A DNA stretch of 64,000 nt from a virus. Taxonomy: Duplodnaviria; Caudoviricetes. The stretch lies in IMG/VR virus record IMGVR_UViG_3300044522_000179, positions 1 to 64,000 of that record; one strand, 5' to 3'. Below are positions 1 to 7,002 of this stretch, piece by piece. The position numbers and the translations under genes were made by a program. Under the pieces are notes generated by a model that ran no database searches, was not told the DNA's origin, and was given only the letters and a program-made list of their open reading frames with translations. How positions within the stretch are numbered: the stretch's first letter is position 1; each line of letters opens with the position of its first letter.

Positions 1-2
1 TT

Positions 3-1262
3 GGTAGGAGTAATTGGTATAACAATTAGTTTATTTTTATTTGTTTTTGTGGAAGATGGGGCAATCCAAGTAATAGACGTTTCTGTTTTTGAGATGCATG
101 AAACCTGTTTGTCTCCCCAAAACTCAGCAAGCCATTTATGCCATCCAAGAAGATCTGATGCTGCATAGCGACTCATAATTCCAAACTCAAACATACCATC
201 TTCAAAATTTCTATTATTATCGTCGAATCCAAGCGATACATGTTGCATTTCATGAATCCACCACATTGGGTGTACAAAATTTGATGCACGATAAAATGAT
301 GAAACATTATATGGTGGGAAAATAGACGCACTAACAGATCCTTCGTCTGTATTTATTTGCATTAAGCCTGCCTGTTGAACAATTCCACCAGGAGATCCTG
401 CTGGCAAAACAATAATAACAAAATCTGCAGAAGAAAAATCAATGTACTTATCTACAGCAGAGACAAGGTCTTTGTTAAATCTTAAAGCATTTTCATGCGT
501 TCTTTCATGAATAAGATTATACTCAGATATATTCTTGTCAAACTCTAAGTATTCTTTTGGAACGTTGAACTTAACAGATGATCCATTATCTGAAGAACCT
601 TTTACCCATTCTGAAACAAAGTCAAAGTACTTGCTATAGTCATCTAATGGAGATTTTCCATTTCGTGGAGCATCTTTTGTGTAAATTGGAATTACTTGAA
701 AAACAGAATTTGGTCCAGGATGCTTTGTTTTATCCCAATAAGATTTTTGATCTGCAGTTGGGAAAGCAAGTGTGTTTTGTTTTTGTTTATTATTTTTAAT
801 TTTACATTCTTCAATATTTACCAAAGACTCTGACTGGCTTACAGTTGGTTCAGTTTTTAAAAAATCTACTGGAACTCTAAGAGGCCCTGAACATGCTTGT
901 TGATTTTTAAACCATGACTCAAACTCTTTCCATTCTTGTGGCGTAAGCGGGTCAATGTCACATGGCGTCTTAAAGTATTTTAAAGAAACGCTCTCTACTG
1001 GTGTAGGCGTAGGGTTAGGCACTGGTGCTGGTGTTGGGGTTGGCTTAACAACAGGTGATTTTTTTACAGCCCATCTATAAACTTTTCCATTTTTTAAACA
1101 TATTGTATTGTTTTTAACTTTATTTAAGTTAGACTTAGAGCATGACTTATTAGTAAACTCATACTCTTGAATATTTTTTTGAATAGGCTTTACTTCAACT
1201 GGTGCTTGGGTTGGTGCAAGCAAAGACGCAACTGTTACTGTAGATACACAAACTATACACAT
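3..1262 (-). CDS. Secreted zinc metallopeptidase-like protein (HExxH; M6-like), runs off the left edge of the window
   Basis: Not in the ORF track; translated by hand from ATG at 1262: MCIVCVSTVTVASLLAPTQAPVEVK...CSKSNLNKVKNNTICLKNGKVYRW...PTPTPAPVPNPTPTP...WWIHEMQHVSLGFDD...FGIMS...LLGWHKWLAEF. Hydrophobic N-terminus, Pro/Thr linker, HEMQH motif, downstream Met-turn-like GIMS. Open to the window edge. Confidence 0.75.
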   Translation of the reverse strand, partial: MCIVCVSTVTVASLLAPTQAPVEVKPIQKNIQEYEFTNKSCSKSNLNKVKNNTICLKNGKVYRWAVKKSPVVKPTPTPAPVPNPTPTPVESVSLKYFKTPCDIDPLTPQEWKEFESWFKNQQACSGPLRVPVDFLKTEPTVSQSESLVNIEECKIKNNKQKQNTLAFPTADQKSYWDKTKHPGPNSVFQVIPIYTKDAPRNGKSPLDDYSKYFDFVSEWVKGSSDNGSSVKFNVPKEYLEFDKNISEYNLIHERTHENALRFNKDLVSAVDKYIDFSSADFVIIVLPAGSPGGIVQQAGLMQINTDEGSVSASIFPPYNVSSFYRASNFVHPMWWIHEMQHVSLGFDDNNRNFEDGMFEFGIMSRYAASDLLGWHKWLAEFWGDKQVSCISKTETSITWIAPSSTKTNKNKLIVIPITPT

Positions 1263-1267
1263 TTAAA

Positions 1268-1489
1268 TTACTGCTCCTTTATTTTAAATACTACCTGGCA
1301 AGGATCTCCGCCAGACTCCCACTCTTCTTGCTCTTCATCACTCATGTATGGATCTCCATCATGAGTATTACAGAAAGGCTCTGTTATCCATCCACGATCA
1401 ATTCCATTATTTAGCCAGATTTCAAATTCATCATAATCTAACTCATTCGCTTGAATACCTTTTAGGATCTCATCAAATTCTTCGCTCAT
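1268..1489 (-). CDS. Hypothetical acidic phage protein (73 aa), probably leaderless
   Basis: ORF track; C-x-x-H-D-G and GGDPC motifs; a consensus promoter ends 6 nt before the ATG. Confidence 0.8.
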   Translation of the reverse strand: MSEEFDEILKGIQANELDYDEFEIWLNNGIDRGWITEPFCNTHDGDPYMSDEEQEEWESGGDPCQVVFKIKEQ

Positions 1490-1495
1490 ATATAA

Positions 1496-1524
1496 AGTAT
1501 ATCTCTAAATTCTGACAATGTCAA
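1496..1524 (-). promoter_or_regulatory. Sigma70/SigA-type promoter TTGACA-17-TATACT, leaderless start
   Basis: Minus strand reads TTGACA ttgtcagaatttagaga TATACT ttatat ATG. Confidence 0.85.
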
Positions 1525-1559
1525 ATGACTATCTAATAGTCTTGCTATCATTAAGATTA

Positions 1560-2402
1560 TCACTTATTTTTTTCTAAATATTTTTTATAAATAAAATCAG
1601 CCCAGTACTGATGAAATGGCTCCCCAATATGGTCATTGTCGTCTGCAAGGAATTTTGCATTATCGTTTTCATATAAGTATTTTTTAACAAAACTATTTAC
1701 ATCTGACAATTCATATTGATAGAATGTATTAAAATTATTTATTTTACTATTTTCTATTCCTAAATATTTTTCGTTTTCACAAGGTGCCCAAGAAAAAGAA
1801 TATAACTTTATACTATTGCTTTTGCAGTATAGGTCTAACATCAAGTAATACTGATACGCTAATAAATTTAAAACTTTATCATCTGTTCTAGTTAAAAATG
1901 AAAATTTAATAATATTTTTATTATTTATAGAATAAAATCTTGTAAAATCTGGCATATTTAAAAATATTACATCTGGATTTTTATATGTTTTACAATATTT
2001 AAAAATTAAAGAAATGCATTCCATTATTGAAGATCCACTAGAACCAATATTAAAATATCCAGATGTAGTGTTGTTTGTTTTTATTTGATCATACACAATC
2101 TTTGACCAAACTTTATCGTAAGGCATTCCATTCCCAAAGGTATAAGAACAACCTGAAAATAAAATATGCAATCCTTCATGGTCATTTTTAAAACTATCAG
2201 ATCTAAAATAATTTGAATTTAATTCATTTATATAAAAATTAGGATTTGTTTTTTTAAATAGTTCATCCCAATTGCTTATACTTAATGTTTTATTTCTTGC
2301 AATTGGAACATCTGAAAAAAAATATAAATCATTATCTGGGTCCGCATTTGTTATATCTGGGAACATAAAAGGACCCAAAAAAGATTCTTGAAAGTTATCC
2401 AT
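1560..2402 (-). CDS. SGNH/GDSL hydrolase-like accessory protein
   Basis: ILFSGCSYTFG (block I-like), NIGSSGSS (block II-like), C-terminal DNDHIG (DxxH-like); visibly AT-rich. Confidence 0.6.
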   Translation of the reverse strand: MDNFQESFLGPFMFPDITNADPDNDLYFFSDVPIARNKTLSISNWDELFKKTNPNFYINELNSNYFRSDSFKNDHEGLHILFSGCSYTFGNGMPYDKVWSKIVYDQIKTNNTTSGYFNIGSSGSSIMECISLIFKYCKTYKNPDVIFLNMPDFTRFYSINNKNIIKFSFLTRTDDKVLNLLAYQYYLMLDLYCKSNSIKLYSFSWAPCENEKYLGIENSKINNFNTFYQYELSDVNSFVKKYLYENDNAKFLADDNDHIGEPFHQYWADFIYKKYLEKNK

Positions 2403-2489
2403 TTAATAAATTAGCATTCTTTTTTTAATCTTTTTTTTATTTTTTTTTAATTGAATAATAATTTTTATTTTTTTAATTATTTTCTTCAT
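2403..2489 (-). CDS. 28-aa highly basic peptide MKKIIKKIKIIIQLKKNKKKIKKRMLIY
   Basis: Hand translation; its ATG overlaps the upstream TGA (ATGA) and its TAA abuts the next ATG, so it fills the gap exactly. Confidence 0.6.
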   Translation of the reverse strand: MKKIIKKIKIIIQLKKNKKKIKKRMLIY

Positions 2490-3010
2490 ATACTCACTAC
2501 GTCAACTGGACCCATGCAAGATGGATTAAATTTAATTGCAGAATTGACTGCTTGGACCACTCTGTTCCTTGCATTTTTCTGTTTATCTGTTGCATATAAA
2601 ACCCCATAAGCATACTCTGCTCCTGAGCCCATGGCAAGATATGGAAGTGTGTACTTAGATAAAGACATATCAGCAGAACTGTGCTCATAGATTTGACCAC
2701 GAACTGCAATGATTAAACCAAGGTCTCCGTCTTTAGATGTATCAACCCAAAACTCATTATAAAATTCTTTTAGTTCTTTAATAAATCTAGTCTGCATAAA
2801 CTTATCTGTATCTTTAATATTTGGCGGAGTTGGCTTAAAGTTATAGCGGATTCTTTCTCCGTCCATTGCTCCAGCATACCCAATAAGATAAGGACCTATC
2901 TTCCAAACCTTTGGTGCTTCAAGTGCTAAAATAGTACCATCATCTGATGCTCCACGATCTCCTGCCATATAAATTTTATCTTCATGTCGAACAACAGCAA
3001 TACAAGTCAT
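2486..3010 (-). CDS. HslV/proteasome beta-subunit-like Ntn protease
   Basis: Start moved to MTCIAVV (RBS GGAG upstream); N-terminal Thr nucleophile, MAGD, K-V, IGYAG and AMGSG motifs. Confidence 0.8.
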   Translation of the reverse strand: MTCIAVVRHEDKIYMAGDRGASDDGTILALEAPKVWKIGPYLIGYAGAMDGERIRYNFKPTPPNIKDTDKFMQTRFIKELKEFYNEFWVDTSKDGDLGLIIAVRGQIYEHSSADMSLSKYTLPYLAMGSGAEYAYGVLYATDKQKNARNRVVQAVNSAIKFNPSCMGPVDVVSI

Positions 3011-3042
3011 GGCAAAAGCCCTCTCCAGATAGGTTATACTCA

Positions 3043-3072
3043 AGTATACCATTGCCCAGAGAGGGCTGTCAA
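3043..3072 (-). promoter_or_regulatory. Promoter TTGACA-18-TATACT with extended TG
   Basis: Minus strand TTGACA gccctctctgggcaaTGg TATACT upstream of the protease gene. Confidence 0.8.
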
Positions 3073-3088
3073 GCAAGGTTAATAATGA

Positions 3089-3373
3089 TTAATTAGCCTT
3101 TTTGTCTACAGATTTAAAGGCGTCATTTATTTCTGCCAATGATAGCCTTCCATCGTCCAAAAAAGCCCTTGCCAGTCTTTCAATAACTGTTGCTACTCCT
3201 AAGAGTCCTGCAAGCATAACTGCCTGAACCGTGTCAATTCCTACTACGGCTCCTGCTCCCAAGACTGATAGTCCTGATGCTGCAAATACCGCAAGAATTC
3301 TCATCAGAATATTTGTTATTGCTTTCTGTGGGTGCTCCTGCTTTGGGGGTTCTACTACTTTTTTAATTGCCAT
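3089..3373 (-). CDS. Small membrane protein with 2 TM helices (holin-like, unproven)
   Basis: Two hydrophobic segments and a charged C-terminus (DDGRLSLAEIN). Confidence 0.7.
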   Translation of the reverse strand: MAIKKVVEPPKQEHPQKAITNILMRILAVFAASGLSVLGAGAVVGIDTVQAVMLAGLLGVATVIERLARAFLDDGRLSLAEINDAFKSVDKKAN

Positions 3374-3374
3374 T

Positions 3375-3602
3375 TTATTTCTCCTTTCTTAGCGGGATTG
3401 TAATTAGCCAAATAATTGTTGTTGCAAGCACTGCAATACCAACAATGTCTCTTGCTGATCCCGTCAAAGTTAGCCATGCGATAAAGAAGCCAAGGAGGGT
3501 GAATGCCTGTGCGATTAATTCCATTCCTGCGTCTTTAAACCATTTAGTTAATCCCTTGAGTGCTTTACCCACAAGACTAACTGCTTTGTTGATTATTTTC
3601 AT
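3375..3602 (-). CDS. Small membrane protein with 2 TM helices
   Basis: Amphipathic N-terminus, two hydrophobic segments, basic tail; ATGA overlap with the upstream gene. Confidence 0.75.
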   Translation of the reverse strand: MKIINKAVSLVGKALKGLTKWFKDAGMELIAQAFTLLGFFIAWLTLTGSARDIVGIAVLATTIIWLITIPLRKEK

Positions 3603-5716
3603 TTGTTCCTCCTTATGACTGCCCCTGCAATTTGTGATACGATGATCACTGGGACAATTACTTCTTGCGCTTTCTCTCTCTGATCGTCTGTCATATCCAT
3701 ACCTAACTCAGAGAAATTAGATAGGAGTTCTGTAACATCCACTTCAAATACTGCTGCAAGTGGGTCTGCTAAGAATGCTTCTGTTTGTACTTCTGTTACT
3801 GCATCCGCTAATGTAAATGGCATTGGGGTTTCTCCCGCCTCTGCTTCTCTATCTGAAAACTCAACAAATGCTTCTGCAAGTGCTGGGTTAGATTTCATCT
3901 GCTGTGCAATCTGTGCAACTTCTGAAGGCTTAATACCAAGGTCTTGTGCAACCTCAGCCTTTGCTTCTTGAGTCAATGCTCTAAGTGTTTGGCTAACTGC
4001 TGTTACTTGTTCAGGGGAAAGAGTAACTAACTTATTATCACTGCTTGTAAGGTTAGCAATAACATTAGATAGATCTTCTTCTGTTCCAGTTCCTTTTTCA
4101 GGAACAAGGGCTGCTAATACCTCATCTTCAATTACTACATCTGGTTCAGTCCAAGGGTTTTCTTCTGGCTTTGGCTCTGGGCCAGGTTCTGGTGAAGGTT
4201 CTGGAGCAGGCTCTTCAGTTGTCTCTGGGGTAGGTTCTGGAGAAGGCTCAGGTGTTGGTGGTTCCTCTGGGGTAGGCTCTGGTGTAGGCTCCTCTGCAGG
4301 GTCCACTGTAGGCTCTGGAGAAGGCTCTGGTGTAGGAGGCTCTTCTGCCGTAGGTTCAGGGCTTGGTTCTGGCGTAGGAGGCTCTTCTGGTGTTGGTTCT
4401 GGACTTGGCTCAGGAGTAGGTGGCTCTTCAGCAGTTGGCTCTGGGCTTGGTTCTGGGCTAGGCTGATTGGCTGCAGCGTTGGCTGCTGCCTGTGCAATAG
4501 CAGACTGAATTTCTCTTTGTGATTGCTCATCATAGTAACGCCATGCATCATCAATTGCGCTGTTGACATTATTAATTGCTTGATTATATGCGCTAATAGC
4601 ATTGTTTTTATTTTGCAATGCCGTTGCAACATTTAAAACTGCGTTGTTATATTCATTTGTTTTATTAGTTAGTGTTTGATTGTAACCATTAAGTGTTGAT
4701 ACTGCTTGGTTATAAACATTTAATTTATCATTATATACATCTTGGGCTAAGTTTTTTGCAGAAAGGGCATTGTTGTATTCGTTGGTTTGTTCTTGGGTTG
4801 CTCCAGATCCATGAGAAAATGTATTTAGATTACAACTAAAGTTTTGTCCCCATACTCTTGGGCTTCCAGAATAGTCACATCCTGCACCAGTCCATCCTCC
4901 AGGAATACCCCAACCAAGATTATAGGAACCTACTCCTCCGCCGTTATACCACCAAATTTCTACATCAAAAACCTTGTCACTTGTTACATCATATACTGGA
5001 GAATAATCACTCCAAGTTGCTCCTTGCTCTACCCAGTTATCTATGGCCAATGATCCATCAATATACATTCTAAAACCATCATCTGTATATCCTGCAAAGT
5101 ATGCTTGCGTAAACCATGATGGAACAGTTATCTGTCCAGTAAATTTAACTATAAAGTTTTCATATCTATTACCACAAACTGGGCGAGTCATATAGTTTCC
5201 ATTTAGTGTTCCACTACATAAGAATTCATCTGTGGCTGCAAGTCCATTAACTCTAATTAGACTATAAACATCGTATGCCAAACCAGCAGAACCAGCACTG
5301 TCTAATGCTTGCTGAGCGTTTGAAAGATTAATGTTGGCTACTCCAAGTGCATCGTAGGCATCATTCTTATTGTCTAAAGCAGTGGCTACTGTTACTGTTT
5401 GTTCATCTACTGCTGATTGGGCTAATTCTTTTTCTTCAAGTGCCGTGGTTTCTGCGTCAAGAGAGTCATCATATAGGTCAGAGGTTTGAGACTGGGCTGA
5501 TTGTGCAGATACTGCAAGGTCGTATTTATCTTCTGCTTCTTCAATTAGGGATATAAGTTCATCTTGGTAGCCAAGGTCATCTACGCTATTGTTGAGTTCT
5601 TCAATTTCTTGGGCTGCAACTGTTAGGGGGTCATCAGAGTGGGCACCTTCTGGAGAGATAATAAGCCAGCCAAATGCTAACAATGTGACTGCTGCTATTC
5701 GTATTAGTTTTTTGAT
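3599..5716 (-). CDS. Secreted/surface protein: signal peptide, coiled coil, PA14-like domain, Pro/Glu stalk, C-terminal hydrophobic anchor
   Basis: PA14-like FTGQITVP...TDDGFRMYIDGSLAIDNW...EIWWYNGGG; N-terminus extended in frame to an ATC codon behind an SD-like AAGGGGG, giving MKKLIRIAAVTLLAFGWLIISPEGAHS (ORF track starts at 5683). Confidence 0.75.
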   Translation of the reverse strand: MKKLIRIAAVTLLAFGWLIISPEGAHSDDPLTVAAQEIEELNNSVDDLGYQDELISLIEEAEDKYDLAVSAQSAQSQTSDLYDDSLDAETTALEEKELAQSAVDEQTVTVATALDNKNDAYDALGVANINLSNAQQALDSAGSAGLAYDVYSLIRVNGLAATDEFLCSGTLNGNYMTRPVCGNRYENFIVKFTGQITVPSWFTQAYFAGYTDDGFRMYIDGSLAIDNWVEQGATWSDYSPVYDVTSDKVFDVEIWWYNGGGVGSYNLGWGIPGGWTGAGCDYSGSPRVWGQNFSCNLNTFSHGSGATQEQTNEYNNALSAKNLAQDVYNDKLNVYNQAVSTLNGYNQTLTNKTNEYNNAVLNVATALQNKNNAISAYNQAINNVNSAIDDAWRYYDEQSQREIQSAIAQAAANAAANQPSPEPSPEPTAEEPPTPEPSPEPTPEEPPTPEPSPEPTAEEPPTPEPSPEPTVDPAEEPTPEPTPEEPPTPEPSPEPTPETTEEPAPEPSPEPGPEPKPEENPWTEPDVVIEDEVLAALVPEKGTGTEEDLSNVIANLTSSDNKLVTLSPEQVTAVSQTLRALTQEAKAEVAQDLGIKPSEVAQIAQQMKSNPALAEAFVEFSDREAEAGETPMPFTLADAVTEVQTEAFLADPLAAVFEVDVTELLSNFSELGMDMTDDQREKAQEVIVPVIIVSQIAGAVIRRNK
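4150..4465 (-). repeat. Coding tandem repeat, about 14-aa unit EEPPTPEPSPEPT(A/P)
   Basis: Visible in translation and as degenerate 42-bp units; boundaries approximate. Confidence 0.9.
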
Positions 5717-5753
5717 TACCTTTCCCCCTTGCAGACTGATGTCTGATAGGATG

Positions 5754-5762
5754 ATTATACCA
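5754..5762 (-). promoter_or_regulatory. Extended -10 promoter TGGTATAAT
   Basis: Lies just after a terminator and upstream of the PA14 protein gene. Confidence 0.7.
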
Positions 5763-5773
5763 TTTTATTGCAC

Positions 5774-5805
5774 AAAAAAGGGGCTACCGTAATTGGTAAC
5801 CCCCT
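5774..5805 (-). terminator. Rho-independent terminator
   Basis: Minus strand AGGGGTTACC-aattac-GGTAGCCCCT followed by a T run. Confidence 0.85.
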
Positions 5806-5819
5806 AATTGTTGGACTAA

Positions 5820-6986
5820 TTACTTGACGTAAGTAACCTTAGCCTTTGGATTCTTTGCATTCCACTTCTTTGCAAGTGAATTGAAAGCATCCTTAATTGA
5901 CTTAAGTGCAGCAGCATTATCTGCTGTTAACTTAGCGATAGTTGCATCCTTGGCAAGGACAACTGCATCTGAAGCAGCCTTTGCATCAGCAAGTGCCTTA
6001 GCAGAAGCAGCCTTCTCGGCAGCAAGTGCAGTTGCAGAAGTAGCCTTCTCTGCTGCAAGAGCAGCATCTGAAGCAGTCTTAGCAGCAACAGCATCTGAAG
6101 CAGCCTTTACGACTGCAGCATCTGAGATTGCCTTAGCAGCAAGTGCTGCATCCTTAGCAGCAGTTTGTGCTGCGAGTTCTGATACTAGATCACGAACTGC
6201 AATCTCTGCAAATGGTGCGAGTGTACGAGCAGTTAGACCAACTACATCTGCATCTGATGCATCTGTTGATGTTGTTGGAGCAAATGTGATAAGTGATCGT
6301 GTTCCAGTTGCTGGAAGTGTTGCGCTAAACTTTGCAACTCCAAAATCTGAAAGTGTTGCACCAGTTGTTGCTGTTGCAGAAGTTAGCGTTGCTGTTGCAG
6401 CGAATACTGTTGCTGTTAGAGACTTAGCAGAAACCTTGTTTCCAAATACGTCTGTTGCAGTAACTGTAATATCCTGCTTTGTTCCAGCAGCACCTGTTGT
6501 AGGTGCAGAAACTGTTAGGTTATTAATTAAACCAGCAGTACCTTGTACGTAATAAGTAAGAGTTGTTCCACCATTAGTGATTACAACTGTACCAATTGCT
6601 GTTGTCTTTGTGTAGACATAGAATGTTGCTGTTGTGCCTGTACCAGTTGCAATAGTCAAAGATGATGATCCTGACGTTGCTCCAATTGGTGCAGCAGATG
6701 TGTGTAGTGCAGACACGATTGTTGCATTTGTTGCTACTACAGAAACGACTGTTCCTGTGTCAACTGTTGAAACAAACTTTAGTGCATCAGTAATGTCAAC
6801 TGTGTTGTCTGCAGGCACTGGTAATACAGCAGGTGTAGAAATTGATGAAGCAGATGACTTATCTGTATTTGCCGCTCCAAGAGTTACTGCTACTGTCATT
6901 ACAGCAGCACTTGCAGGTGTTGCTACCATTGTGCCCAAAGTCATGGCTGCAACCATGGCTAGTGCGATTTTCTTGAATGAATTCAT
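5820..6986 (-). CDS. Host-like secreted surface (S-layer/Ig-like) protein with Ala/Lys coiled coil
   Basis: Clear signal peptide MNSFKKIALAMVAAMTLGTMVATPASA; Thr/Ala/Val-rich beta region with TATDVFGN; Ala-rich heptads; RBS AAGGAG; own promoter and terminator. Confidence 0.75.
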   Translation of the reverse strand: MNSFKKIALAMVAAMTLGTMVATPASAAVMTVAVTLGAANTDKSSASSISTPAVLPVPADNTVDITDALKFVSTVDTGTVVSVVATNATIVSALHTSAAPIGATSGSSSLTIATGTGTTATFYVYTKTTAIGTVVITNGGTTLTYYVQGTAGLINNLTVSAPTTGAAGTKQDITVTATDVFGNKVSAKSLTATVFAATATLTSATATTGATLSDFGVAKFSATLPATGTRSLITFAPTTSTDASDADVVGLTARTLAPFAEIAVRDLVSELAAQTAAKDAALAAKAISDAAVVKAASDAVAAKTASDAALAAEKATSATALAAEKAASAKALADAKAASDAVVLAKDATIAKLTADNAAALKSIKDAFNSLAKKWNAKNPKAKVTYVK

Positions 6987-7002
6987 TCGTTATTCTCCTT
7001 GT

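Noticed and set aside
3089-3602. Lysis cassette
   Set aside because: The two TM proteins could be holin-like, but no endolysin was recognised in the window.
4135-4632. 165-aa Gln/Leu/Ser-rich overlapping ORF
   Set aside because: Alternative frame of the Pro/Glu repeat stalk with no independent translation signals.
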